From Vicinamibacteria bacterium (lineage in GTDB: Bacteria > Acidobacteriota > Vicinamibacteria > Fen-336 > JAGNNV01), in the NCBI GenBank assembly GCA_017990495.1, contig JAGNNV010000004.1, positions 3,003 to 50,728 on the forward strand: a DNA stretch of 47,726 nt, given 5' to 3'. Below, in pieces: positions 1 through 16,560 of the stretch. Within the stretch, counting starts at the first letter, position 1; the number at the start of each line of letters is the position of its first letter. Position numbers and translations under genes: made by a program. Under the pieces are notes generated by a model. It saw only the letters and a program-made list of their open reading frames with translations, ran no database searches and had not been told where the DNA came from.

Positions 1-1678
1 GCGCCCTCACGGCGGCGGTGCAGGCAATTCGCGCGGGGCGGATCGTCGCGGTGAAGGGCATCGGCGGTTTCCATCTGATGTGCGACGCTCGGGACGACGC
101 GGCGGTGGGGGAAATGCGGCGGCGAAAAGGTCGCGAGGAGAAGCCCTTCGCGCTGATGTTCCCTGCTCTGGCCGCGGTGCGTGCGGTCTGCAATCTGAGC
201 CCGGCCGAAGAGAGGCTCCTCACCTCACCCGAGTCCCCCATCGTTCTCCTCCGTCGACACGGCGCGGAGCTCGCGCCGCGGATCGCGCCCGGCAATCCCT
301 ATCTCGGCGTGCTTCTGCCCTACGCGCCGCTCCACCATCTCCTGATGCGTGAGCTGGGCTTCCCTGTGGTCGCCACCAGCGGCAACCGCCACGACGAACC
401 AATCGTCACGAGAGAACCAGACGCCATCGACCGGCTCGCCGGCATCGCCGATTTGTTCCTCGTTCACAATCGACCCATCGCGCGTTACGCCGACGACTCC
501 ATCGCCCGAATCGTGGCGGGCCGACCCATGCTGCTACGCCGTGCTCGCGGCTACGCGCCACTGCCCCTCGCCGCCTCGCCGTCGCAAGAATCCATCCTGG
601 CGGTGGGCGCGCATCTCAAGAACACCATCGCCTTCTCGGTGGGCGGGCAGTTCATGGTCTCGCCGCACCTCGGCGATCTCGAGACGCCGCAGGCTCTCGT
701 CGGGTTTCACAACGTCGTGGCGAGCCTTCCCGGTCTCTACGGTTTTACTCCGACCCTCATCGCCCATGACCTTCACCCGGACTACGCGTCCACGCAGTAT
801 GCGGAAATGCAGCCGGGACGGCGGGTGGGTGTGCAGCATCACGCCGCCCATGTCTTCGCCTGTTTGGCGGACAATGAACTCGAAGGCGAGGTTCTGGGCG
901 TCAGCTGGGATGGAACCGGCCTCGGCACGGACGGAACGATCTGGGGCGGCGAGTTCCTCCACGTGCGCGACGGAGAGTTTCGCCGGGTGGCGCATCTGCG
1001 GACATTCCTTCTCGCGGGCGGCGACGCCGCGGCGAGAGAGCCAAGGCGCTGCGCGCTCGGCCTGCTCCATGCGGTGGGGGGCGACACCGCCCTTTCGGAG
1101 GCAGACCTTGGCGCGCGGCTCGGTTTCGAGCCCGCCGAACTGACCGTGCTTCGCGGCATGTTCAGGAGTGGCACGGGGGTTGCGCGCACGTCGAGCGCAG
1201 GGCGGCTCTTCGATGGCGTGGCCGGCCTCATCGGCCTTCGCTTGAGGGCCGCCTTCGAGGGACAGGCCGCGATGGATCTCGAGTTCGCGGCAATGGAGTC
1301 CGATGAGGGAGCCGCTTACGAGTTCGAACTCCAAGGCATGACGGTGGACTGGACCGCGATGATCCCCGCTATCGAAACCGATCGTCGCTCCGGCGTGCCG
1401 GTCGCCGTCATCGCGAAGCGCTTCCACAACACCCTCACCGAGATGATCGTGGCGGTGGCGAAACGGGAGGGACTGCCGAGGGTATGTCTGACCGGGGGCT
1501 GCTTCCAGAACCTGGTGCTCGCGGAACGAACGATCGCGCGTCTCACCGAAAGTGGCTTCGCTCCGTACTGGCATCAGCGGGTCCCGCCGAACGACGGCGG
1601 CATCGCCCTGGGCCAGCTCGTGGGCGCGGCCTTTCGGGCGCGCGGGGCGTCGTTATCGAATGGACTACACTCCCGCGA

Positions 1679-1682
<4 letters not shown>
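1..1682 (+). CDS. hypF: [NiFe]-hydrogenase maturation carbamoyltransferase HypF, C-terminal ~555 aa (5' end cut by window edge)
   Basis: ORF 18..1682 stays open to the window start. It has the YrdC/Sua5-like motif VAVKGIGGFHLMCDA and a Kae1-like C-terminal domain with VQHHAAH, both typical of HypF. The stop TGA 1680-1682 overlaps the next gene's GTG. Confidence 0.85.
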
Positions 1683-4302
<2,620 letters not shown>

Positions 4303-4306
<4 letters not shown>

Positions 4307-5310
4307 CCGCGCCTGGCCTCGTCAACGCGCACACCCATCTCTACAGCGGACTCGCGCCGCTCGGCATGCCCGCGCCGTCGTCCCCTCCGCCCGACTTCGT
4401 GTCGATCCTGCAGCAGGTGTGGTGGCGGCTCGACCGCGCTCTGGACGAGGCTTCCCTCGCCGCGAGCGCCGAGTTGTACGTCGCCGAAGCAGTGGCCCTG
4501 GGTGCGGCCGGTTTGATCGACCATCACGAGTCACCGAACCTGATCGAGGGCTCGCTCGATATCCTGGCCGACACGTGCGCGCGTTTCGGGATGCCCGCGG
4601 TGCTTTGTTACGGCGCCACCGAGCGCAACGGAGGTCGCGACGAAGCCCGGCGGGGACTCACGGAATGCGCGCGATTCGCCCGAGAGAACCGCCGGCCGAC
4701 CATCGGCGCGGTGGTGGGTCTGCACGCGTCCTTCACCGTGTCCGACGACACCATCCGCGAGGCGGCTCATCTCGCACGCGATCTGGGCACCGTGCTTCAT
4801 ATCCATGTCGCGGAGGACAAGGCGGACGTGGACGACTCCCGCGCGCGGGGCTTCGCCGGCGTGATCGACCGCCTGACCAAGCTTGACGCGATGGTGCCCG
4901 GATCGATTCTCGCGCATGGCGTCTACCTCACCGTCGACGAAGTCAAGGCGTGCGAGGCCGCGGGCATCTGGCTCGTCCAGAATCCGCGATCAAACAAGGG
5001 CAATCGCGTCGGCTATCCGCTCGCCCTCGCGGCCTCCGGTCGCGTCGCCCTCGGAACCGATGGATACCCCGCGGCGATGGCGGATGAAGTGAGGGCACTC
5101 ATGGAAGAGTCGGCGGCCCACGACGACGACCCTGACCGCGCACGGGCTCGCCCCGGGGCCGGAACGACGCTGCTTGCCGAACGCCTCGGAGGTGCAGCGA
5201 CTCCCCCCTCTTTGGCCGCCCGCGCCTCCGCCACGGCCTCTCTCGACGGCATCCGCACCCGCGTCCAATCTGATGCAAATGCACTGTGGGAGCGGATGAG
5301 CCGCCTCTAG
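4303..5310 (+). CDS. Metal-dependent amidohydrolase, SsnA/chlorohydrolase-like, lacking the usual N-terminal beta-sandwich segment
   Basis: HxH metal motif [14 protein letters not shown] sits almost at the N-terminus, and a WWRLDRAL segment recalls SsnA-type proteins. TTG 4303 forms a TTGA overlap with the upstream stop. The alternative ATG 4222 would overlap the upstream gene by 85 nt. Confidence 0.65.
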
Positions 5311-5323
5311 ACTCGACAACGCC

Positions 5324-6819
<1,496 letters not shown>

Positions 6820-6823
<4 letters not shown>

Positions 6824-8244
6824 CTTCGTACGCCTTCGTGTGTTCGGGCTGCGGGGGCGTCGCTGAGGCCGCATCACTTCCCTTCCGCTGCGCGAACGCG
6901 GGACGGGACGATCGCGATCACGTCCTTGCGCGCGCCGAGCGTCCGCCGGACGCAACCGTGCCCGCGGATGGCGATCTCAATCCCTTCATCCGGTATCGCG
7001 AACTCTCAGCCTCCTGGGCCCTCGCGAAGCAGCGCGGCCTGTGGAACGACGACTACGTTTCCCTCGTGGACAGTCTCGATCGCGCGGTGGCTGAAATCGA
7101 CGGCCGTGGTCTGCAGATCACGCCCTGGCGCGTCGCAACGAAGGCGGCGGCGCGGCTGGGGCTTCCCCATGGTGGTCTCTGGATCAAGGATGAGACCGGG
7201 CAGGCGTCAGGCTCACACAAGGCGCGCCATCTTTTCGGGCTCGCGCTCTATCTCGCGGTCGCCGAGCGGACCGGCGCCGTCGGTCCCGTCGATGCTGCGC
7301 GCCCGTTCGCCATCGCCAGCTGCGGCAACGCGGCCCTGGCCGCCGCGGTGGTGGCGAGCGCGGCTCGACGGCCGCTGCAGGTCTTCGTCCCGCCCTGGGC
7401 CGACGCAGTCGTCATCGACCGGCTGAAGTCGCTCGATGCTTCCATCGTCATCTGCCCGCGTCGCGAGGTCGATCCCCCGGGCGACCCCTGTCACCATCGT
7501 TTTCGCGAAGCGGTTGAGGCCGGTGCTTTGCCCTTCTGCTGTCAGGGCAGCGACAACGGCCTGACCATCGACGGCGGGATGACCCTGGGTTTCGAACTCG
7601 CCTCCCAAAGTGCGGCGGCCCCCCTCGACCGGCTGCTCGTTCAGGTCGGCGGTGGCGCGCTTGCGAGTGCGGTGATTCAGGGTCTCGTCTGGGCCCAGGC
7701 TTCAGGCGCGCTTGCCCGTCTCCCCGCGCTTCACGCGGTTCAGACCGCGGGCGGCTTCCCGCTAATCAGGGCCTGGCGGCGGGTCGCGCGCGGTCTCGTC
7801 AAGAACCTCGGCGGGTCGGCTGGGCCGGGTGACGACCGGGCCGTGGATGACGATGCGGCACGGGCCGATGCCTCGGCGGCACGCTGGCTCTTCGCCCACG
7901 CGGACACCGCAACCCTGGAGCACGCGGTGACGTCCGCGGCTCAGGATCGCGCCGGCTTCATGTGGGCGTGGGATTCCGAGCCCGCAAGCCTCGCCACCGG
8001 CATCCTCGATGACGAGACCTACGATTGGCTGGCCATCGTTCGCGGGATGCTGCTCACCGGGGGCTGGCCCGTGGTGGCCTCCGAGCACAATGTTCTCGAA
8101 GCCTGGTGCGAGGGGCGCGGTGAAGGTATCGAGGCGAGCGCCACCGGGACCGCGGGACTCGCGGGAGGGATGAGTCTCGCGCAGGCCGGTCTGCTGCATC
8201 CTCACGACCGCGTCGGCGTTCTGTTTACGGGGGTCGATCGATGA
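6820..8244 (+). CDS. Fold-type II PLP-dependent enzyme, threonine-synthase-like
   Basis: N-terminal Cys pair FVCSGCGG. Candidate PLP lysine in [11 protein letters not shown]. Further motifs IASCGNAA and [10 protein letters not shown]. The start GTG 6820 overlaps the upstream stop (GTGA). Confidence 0.6.
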
Positions 8245-9185
8245 GCCGAACCATCCGAGTCGCGCTGAGCGAGACGTGCAACGCCTACTCCGATATGCCC
8301 GCGAGCCTCGCCGATCTAAAGGCTCTGGCGAATCGGCTCGATGACATCCGGGCGGCGAACGTGGCCCACCACGTCGACCTCGCACGCGCCGCCGCGGGGG
8401 CCGGCGCGCAGGTCCTGGGGATGGGCGAACTCTTCACGGGGCCGTACTTCGCCCTCGGCCGTGATCCCATGTGGCTGGGCCTCGCCGAGGACGCGCTCGT
8501 CGGTCCGACGGTCACGACTCTTCGCGGGACGGCGCGCGAAACCGGGCTCATCCTCGTGGCCCCGATCTTCGAACACGACCCGCGCTCGGGCCGTCGCTTC
8601 AACACCGCGGTGGTGATCGACGAGGCCGGCGAGATCCTGGGCCGGTACCGCAAGACTCACATCCCCGTGGGCACGAACGAACAGGCGTCGTTTTGCGAGA
8701 CCTTCTATTACGACCGGAGTGACGGCGATCTCGGAACCTGGCCGCGTAACGTCTCTAGCAATCCCATCTTCCCGGTGTTCGAGACGCGCCTGGTGCGACT
8801 CGGCGTTGCCATCTGCTACGACCGGCACTTCGAAGGCGTGATGTCGGCGCTGGCCGAAAACGGCGCGGAACTGGTGCTCTCCCCCGCCGTCACCTTCGGC
8901 GCGAAGTCGCGACGCATGTGGGATCTCGAGTTCCCAGTCGACGCGGCTCGGCACAACCTCTACATCGGCGGCTCGAATCGTCGTGGCGTGGAACCACCGT
9001 GGACCCAGGAGTATTTCGGAGCGAGTTACTTCGCGGGTCCTGATGGCGTCGTGCCGAACGTCGTTGCGCCCACCACGAACCTCGTCATCGCCGATCTCGA
9101 TCTTGATCTTCTGGGCGGAGCCGACCCCTCGGGCTGGGACCTTCCGCGCGATCGTCGGCCGGACATCTATCGGCCGAAGGTCTGA
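8241..9185 (+). CDS. Carbon-nitrogen hydrolase (nitrilase superfamily), beta-ureidopropionase / N-carbamoyl-amidase-like
   Basis: Candidate Glu-Lys-Cys triad contexts are MGELF, YRKTHIP and [13 protein letters not shown] overlap with the upstream stop. Confidence 0.75.
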   Translation: MSRTIRVALSETCNAYSDMPASLADLKALANRLDDIRAANVAHHVDLARAAAGAGAQVLGMGELFTGPYFALGRDPMWLGLAEDALVGPTVTTLRGTARETGLILVAPIFEHDPRSGRRFNTAVVIDEAGEILGRYRKTHIPVGTNEQASFCETFYYDRSDGDLGTWPRNVSSNPIFPVFETRLVRLGVAICYDRHFEGVMSALAENGAELVLSPAVTFGAKSRRMWDLEFPVDAARHNLYIGGSNRRGVEPPWTQEYFGASYFAGPDGVVPNVVAPTTNLVIADLDLDLLGGADPSGWDLPRDRRPDIYRPKV

Positions 9186-9196
9186 CGAAGCCCAGG

Positions 9197-9910
9197 GTGC
9201 GACGCTCCTCTATCGCCAAGACCCTCGGCCCGACCGGCCTCCTGGGCATCGCCTGGACGGCCGGGCCCGCCATCTGCGGCACCCTGCTGCTCGCGAGCCT
9301 CGGGCCAGTCTCGGAGTGGCTCCTCCACCATCGCCCTCTCGGCCTGGCTGTATTCACCGCCGTCTTCGTGCTGGGCTCCGGCCTCGGGTTTCTCCCGACC
9401 TACGCGCAGTCGATCCTCGGGGGCTGGGTGTTCGGGGTCTCCCTGGGCCTGCCCGCGGCCCTCGTCGGCTTCACGGGTGGAGGTCTACTCGGGTACTACG
9501 TCGCGCGGCGCGTATCTAAAGACCGGGTCGAGGAACTAATCGACCGCAACCCGAAGGCCCGGACCATCCGCGATGCGCTCGTCGGACAGGGTCCGCGGCG
9601 TACGCTGCTGATCGTCGCGCTGCTCCGCCTGCCGCCCAACTCGCCTTTCGCGCTCACCAACCTGGTCATGGCCGCGACCGGCGTGCCTCTCCCGGCGTAC
9701 CTCGCCGGCACGTTCCTCGGCATGCTGCCGCGCACCGCGGTTGCCGTGATGCTCGCTGCGGCTGCGGGAGCGACAGGCGCAGAAGACATTCAGACCTTCG
9801 TGAGCCAGAGGGGGCCGTGGCTCCTCGCGGCCGGCGTGGTCGGGGGGATGGCGGTTCTCGGCGTGGTCGGCGCCATCGCGCGCCAGGCGCTGCGGCGCCT
9901 CACGACCTGA
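9197..9910 (+). CDS. TVP38/TMEM64 (DedA-related) family membrane protein
   Basis: Multi-TM protein with YYVARRVSKDRVEELI and LLRLPPNSPFALTNLVMAATGVPL segments typical of the family. GTG start 12 nt after the upstream stop. Confidence 0.65.
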   Translation: MRRSSIAKTLGPTGLLGIAWTAGPAICGTLLLASLGPVSEWLLHHRPLGLAVFTAVFVLGSGLGFLPTYAQSILGGWVFGVSLGLPAALVGFTGGGLLGYYVARRVSKDRVEELIDRNPKARTIRDALVGQGPRRTLLIVALLRLPPNSPFALTNLVMAATGVPLPAYLAGTFLGMLPRTAVAVMLAAAAGATGAEDIQTFVSQRGPWLLAAGVVGGMAVLGVVGAIARQALRRLTT

Positions 9911-9923
9911 GGCGGCGGTCTGC

Positions 9924-11158
9924 TCAGTCCACCCGCGCGACCTGCTGAACGACGTCGAGCAGGACGTTGGCTCCCGCGATCAACTGGCTGGCTTCGGTGA
10001 ACTCGCGGACGTTGTGGCTGATACCGCCGCGACTGGGCACGAAGATCATCCCGGTGGGGCAGTTCGGCGCGAACATCTGGGCGTCGTGGCCGGCCCCTGA
10101 CGGCATGCGACGCACACTCAGTCCCTCGCTCTTCGCCGCCTGTTCCACCAGATCGATCATGGCGGGCGCAAAGTCCACGGGTTCGAAGCGCGCCAGGGTC
10201 CGCCGCGTCATCTCAACCCCCTCGGCTTTCGCCGCCTGATCGATGAACTCGAAGGTCGCGGCCTCCGCGCGCTGCAGCGTGGCCTCGTCGGTGTTCCGGA
10301 TATCGATGGTCATCACCACGCGATTGGGGATCACGTTCACGAGATTGGGCGCGAAGGTCAGGTGGCCCACCGTGCCCACCTGCGCCCCGCCGTACTCGCG
10401 AGTCAGGCGGCGGACAAAGCAGGCGATCTCGGCCGCGACGTACCCGGCGTCCGATCGCATGGACATCGGAGTGGTGCCGGCATGGTTGGAGACGCCGGAC
10501 AGCGTGACCTCAGTCCACGAAATCCCTTGCACACCGGTCACCGCGCCGATCTCGAGACCTTCGCGTTCGAGCACCGGACCCTGCTCGATGTGGAGTTCGA
10601 AGTAGGCGGCGGCTTTGACCGCGCCCACCTTCGTGTCTCCCGCGTAGCCGATGCGTTTCAGCTCATCGCCGACCGAAGCGCCGTCAATGCCTTTGGTGGC
10701 GAGGGCGGTTTCAAGGTCGAGGGCGCCCTGGTGCACCGCGCTTCCCATCATGTCGGGCGCGAAACGCGCGCCTTCTTCGTTGGTGAAGAAGGCGACCGCG
10801 ACGGGATGGCCGGTGACCACACTCTCCTCGTTCAGCCGCTCGATCACCTCGAGGCCGGCCAGGACGCCGAGGTTCCCGTCGTATTTCCCGCCCGTGCGCA
10901 CGGTGTCGATGTGGGATCCGATGATCACCGGCGGCAGATCCGAAGTCCCCGCGCGCCGGCCGAGGACATTGCCGATCTGGTCGATGGTGATGGTGAGACC
11001 GAGGTCCCGCATCCAGCCCGTCACAAGATCGCGGCCGGCGCGATCTTCGTCGGTGAGAGCGAGACGACAACAGCCGCCACCGTCGATCGCGCCGATTTCG
11101 GCCAGCTTCATCAGCCGGCTCATGAGGCGCTCGCCGTTGATCCGCAGTTTCTGGCTGG

Positions 11159-11162
<4 letters not shown>
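9924..11162 (-). CDS. M20-family Zn amidohydrolase (N-carbamoyl-L-amino-acid hydrolase / allantoate amidohydrolase / bacterial beta-ureidopropionase type)
   Basis: N-terminal LRINGERLMSRLMKLAEIGAIDGGGCCRLALTDED and GSHIDTVRTGGKYDGNLGV are typical of the AmaB/AllC group. The proposed GTG 11162 forms a GTGA overlap with the upstream gene's stop and gives ~412 aa. The track ORF extends to 11237. Confidence 0.8.
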
Positions 11163-13228
<2,066 letters not shown>

Positions 13229-13411
13229 GGTCTTCTTGGACGATACGCCCGAGCGGTTTCCCCACAGCTCTTTGTTTCATGATTCGTTGGAACCATCGGG
13301 GCGTCGTGGCCGGCGACTTACCGTGGAGGTCGAGTGCGGAAGATCTTGACTGCGGCGTTACACTAGCAATGCGGGGAACGTCGTAAATCCGTCGCCATGA
13401 GGAGGTTGAGC

Positions 13412-15289
13412 ATGAACCAACTCGATGGGTCGGCCCTCCCGGAATTTCTGGTGAGGACTCTGGAGCGGTATGAGCGAAATCCGCACTCCCTGCTGCAGAT
13501 TCTGATCGCGCTGCAGCACTCTTTCCACTGCGTCCCCAAGCCTGCGGTCCCCGTCCTTGCCGAGAGCCTGGGCCTGTCACGGATGCGCGTCGAAGGACTG
13601 GTGAGCTTCTACTCCTTCCTTTCGCCGACCTTCCAGGGCGATTACGTCGTCCACCTGAGCGACAACATCACCGATCAGATGCAGGGAAGCCGGGATCTGG
13701 CTTCTCTGCTGTGCGAGAGGCTTGGCGTAAAACCTGGCGAGACCCGGAGAGACGGCCGCGTCAGCGTGCGCTTCACCTCGTGCACGGGGATGTGCGATCA
13801 GGGTCCCGCGGCTTTGGTGAACTATCTACCGGTGACCCGGCTCGACCGCAAGCGTATCGAGCGCGTAGCGGAGCTGATCAACGGCAAGGTTCCCCTGGAG
13901 GAATGGCCGGAAGAGTTCTTCCGGGTGGACAGCCAGGTTCGGCGCTCGGATGTGGTTTTCTTCCGCGGGGCCTTCGAGCCGGGGGCTGGTCTTCGGGCCA
14001 GCCTCGATCGCGGCGGCAAGAGCCTGGAGCCCTGGGCCGAGGATCTTCCTCCGCACGACGCCCGAAGGCACCAGCTCGAACGGGGCGGGGCCGAGACCTT
14101 GAAAGAAATGTACTCCTCCGGACTTCGCGGCCGGGGCGGGGCCGGCTTCAAGGCCGCCATCAAATGGGAGTCGGTGCGCGACGCGGCCAAAGGCGACCGT
14201 TTCGTGCTTTGCAACGCCGACGAAGGTGAGCCCGGAACGTTCAAGGATCGGGTTCTCCTGGCCGACCACGCGGACATGGTGATCGAGGGAATGACCATCT
14301 GCGGGCACGTCGTGGGGTCGCGCAAAGGGGTGATGTACGTGAGGCAGGAATACTGGTACCTCAAGGATCACCTCGAAAAAGTCCTGGAACGGCGGCGGCA
14401 GCTCGGCCTCCTGGGAAAGAACATCCTGGGCAGCGCCCTCGATTTCGACGTCGAGGTGCAGTTCGGCGCGGGCGCTTACATCTGCGGCATGGAAACCGCG
14501 ATGATCAAGAGCATCGAGGGCCGTCGGGGCATCCCCCGCAGGCGCTGGCCGATGCCCGTATTGCAGGGTCTTTTCAAGCGGCCCACCGTGGTGAACAACG
14601 TCGAGACCTTCGCCTGCGCCGCGGCCATCAGCGCCCGCGGAGGCGCGTGGTTCAAGGGCATCGGAACCGAAGCGTCCACGGGGACGAAGTTGTTCTGCAT
14701 CTCCGGCGACTGCGGAAGGCCTGGCATCTACGAGTACCCGATGGGAGTCACGATCCGCGAGATCTTGCGGGACTGCGATGGACGAGACGCCCAGGGCATC
14801 CAGATGAGCGGCCCCAGCGGCACCTTGATCAACCGCGGCGACTTCGATCGCACCGCCTGTTTCGAGGATCTGACCACCGTGGGCACTCTGATCGTGTTCG
14901 GCCCCGACCGGGATCTTTTCACTGCGATCAAGAACTTCGCCTTGTTCTTCCAGCACGAGAGCTGCGGACTGTGCACGCCGTGCCGGGTGGGAACGACGCT
15001 GCTCGCGAACTACGTGAAGAAGTTCGAACGGGGCTGCGGTTCGCCCGTCGATATCGAAGAGATGACCAACATCGCGGGTCTCATGAGAACCATGTCGCAC
15101 TGCGGCCTCGGGCAGACCGCGCCCAACCCGATCACCAACAGCCTCTCGAAGTTCCCCCTCGTCTGGGAGAGCCGAATGAAAACCACCGAGTTCATTCCCG
15201 CCTTCGATCTCGACTGGGCCCTGGAAGAGGCGCGCGCGCTCACCGGCCGGACGGATGCCGAGGCCCACTTCCTGCCCGAGGAGGTCTGA
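13412..15289 (+). CDS. hoxF: NAD-reducing [NiFe] hydrogenase diaphorase subunit HoxF (NuoE-like plus NuoF-like)
   Basis: NuoF motifs GLRGRGGAGF and ESCGLCTPCRVG, plus an N-terminal NuoE-like thioredoxin fold. GGAGG at 13401-13405 sits 6 nt before ATG 13412. The track start 13397 is less likely. Confidence 0.9.
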   Translation: MNQLDGSALPEFLVRTLERYERNPHSLLQILIALQHSFHCVPKPAVPVLAESLGLSRMRVEGLVSFYSFLSPTFQGDYVVHLSDNITDQMQGSRDLASLLCERLGVKPGETRRDGRVSVRFTSCTGMCDQGPAALVNYLPVTRLDRKRIERVAELINGKVPLEEWPEEFFRVDSQVRRSDVVFFRGAFEPGAGLRASLDRGGKSLEPWAEDLPPHDARRHQLERGGAETLKEMYSSGLRGRGGAGFKAAIKWESVRDAAKGDRFVLCNADEGEPGTFKDRVLLADHADMVIEGMTICGHVVGSRKGVMYVRQEYWYLKDHLEKVLERRRQLGLLGKNILGSALDFDVEVQFGAGAYICGMETAMIKSIEGRRGIPRRRWPMPVLQGLFKRPTVVNNVETFACAAAISARGGAWFKGIGTEASTGTKLFCISGDCGRPGIYEYPMGVTIREILRDCDGRDAQGIQMSGPSGTLINRGDFDRTACFEDLTTVGTLIVFGPDRDLFTAIKNFALFFQHESCGLCTPCRVGTTLLANYVKKFERGCGSPVDIEEMTNIAGLMRTMSHCGLGQTAPNPITNSLSKFPLVWESRMKTTEFIPAFDLDWALEEARALTGRTDAEAHFLPEEV

Positions 15290-15292
15290 GTC

Positions 15293-16015
15293 ATGCCGAC
15301 CTTCTTTCTGGATGAGCGAGAAGTCCCCTTCAGCTATGGGCAGACCATTCTGGACGCGGCCCTGTCCGCCGGCCACTACATCCCCCATCTGTGCTGGAGA
15401 CCCGAGCTTGAACCCCACAGTTCCTGTCGCTTGTGCACGATCCGCATCAACGGGCGGCCCTTCGCTTCGTGCACCCAGCCGGCGGTGGCGGGACAACGGG
15501 TCGAATGCGACACTCCTGAATTGAAAGCCAATCGCCTCGCCCTCACCCAGATGCTCTTCGTGGAGGGGAATCACTACTGCCCTTCCTGCGAGAAAAGCGG
15601 CCGTTGCAAGCTCCAGGCAACGGGTTATCTGCTGGGAATGCAGGACAGCCATTTCCCTCACCAGTTCCCGATACGGGGTCGCGACCTGACTCACCCGGAA
15701 GTCGCCCTCGACCGGGACCGCTGCATCCGTTGCGAAATCTGCGTGCGGGCCAGTCGGACGCTCGACGGCAAGGACGTCTTCGGTATGCACGGTCGCGGGA
15801 AAGACACCGAACTGGTGGTGAATTCGCCCAGCGGGCTCCTCAAAGACAGTGCCCTCTGCGGCGACGACGCGGCGGTCAGGCTTTGCCCCACCGGGGCGCT
15901 CAGCCTGAAGGCGGCGGCATTCAGCGTCCCCATCGGCGAACGGGCCTATGACCGTGAGACCCTGAGCGAGGCGGAACTGCGGGAGTACCGAAACCGCGAG
16001 GTGAGCCATGGGTAA
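15293..16015 (+). CDS. hoxU: Diaphorase Fe-S subunit HoxU (NuoG-N-terminal-like)
   Basis: 2Fe-2S motif (SCRLCTIRINGRPFASC) and 4Fe-4S motifs (HYCPSCEKSGRCKLQ, CIRCEICVRA). Size is right for HoxU. Confidence 0.9.
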   Translation: MPTFFLDEREVPFSYGQTILDAALSAGHYIPHLCWRPELEPHSSCRLCTIRINGRPFASCTQPAVAGQRVECDTPELKANRLALTQMLFVEGNHYCPSCEKSGRCKLQATGYLLGMQDSHFPHQFPIRGRDLTHPEVALDRDRCIRCEICVRASRTLDGKDVFGMHGRGKDTELVVNSPSGLLKDSALCGDDAAVRLCPTGALSLKAAAFSVPIGERAYDRETLSEAELREYRNREVSHG

Positions 16016-16547
16016 GGTCAAAGTCGCCACCTGTTCGCTCGCGGGCTGCTTCGGCTGCCACATGTCCCTTCTCGACATCGATGAGAAGCTGCTCGATCTT
16101 CTGGAGCTTGTGGAGTTCGATCGCAGCCCCATCAACGACATCAAGACCATCAGCGCTCCGGTTGACGTGGGCCTGATCGAGGGCGGGGTGTGTAATGTCG
16201 AGAACGTTCACACCCTGCGCGAGTTCCGAAGGATGTGCAAGGTCCTGGTGGCGGTCGGAGAGTGCGCGAACACCGGGGGTGTCCCTTCGATGCGCAACGG
16301 CATCCCGTTGAAGCGATGCCTCGAAGAGAGCTTCGTCCGGGGCCAGGGCACCGAGAACGCTCACATTCCCGATGACCCGGAGTTACCCCTCCTGCTGAAC
16401 CGGGTCCGCCCGCTGCATCACATCGTGAAGATCGACCACTTCCTTCCCGGCTGTCCCCCCTCCGCGGATGCTTTCTGGCACTTCCTCACCGAACTGCTGG
16501 CCGGGCGGAACCCGGCGCTTCCGAGCGCGCTGATTCGCTTTGACTGA
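16008..16547 (+). CDS. hoxY: [NiFe] hydrogenase small subunit HoxY (group 3)
   Basis: VKVATCSLAGCFGCHMSLLDIDE and a short 179-aa small subunit without a Tat signal. Overlaps hoxU by 8 nt. Confidence 0.9.
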   Translation: MGKVKVATCSLAGCFGCHMSLLDIDEKLLDLLELVEFDRSPINDIKTISAPVDVGLIEGGVCNVENVHTLREFRRMCKVLVAVGECANTGGVPSMRNGIPLKRCLEESFVRGQGTENAHIPDDPELPLLLNRVRPLHHIVKIDHFLPGCPPSADAFWHFLTELLAGRNPALPSALIRFD

Positions 16548-16560
16548 AGGGTAAAGCGCC

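Noticed and set aside
13229-13411. TTGACT at 13346-13351 as a -35 box for hoxF, and a sigma-54 type promoter
   Set aside because: There is no acceptable -10 hexamer at 16-18 nt spacing and no TGGCAC-N5-TTGC motif. Promoter consensus for this phylum is uncertain, so no call was made.
13412-13900. The NuoE-like N-terminal domain of HoxF lacks the first two of the four usual 2Fe-2S cysteines (VVHLSDNITDQMQG in place of a CxxxxC context)
   Set aside because: As far as I recall, proteobacterial group 3d HoxF proteins also lack this cluster. It is probably a family trait rather than a novelty. An alignment would be needed to confirm.
13826-16150. 774-aa minus-strand ORF
   Set aside because: It is antisense to hoxF and hoxU, which have unambiguous NuoF/NuoG motifs. 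The antisense frame has low-complexity composition.
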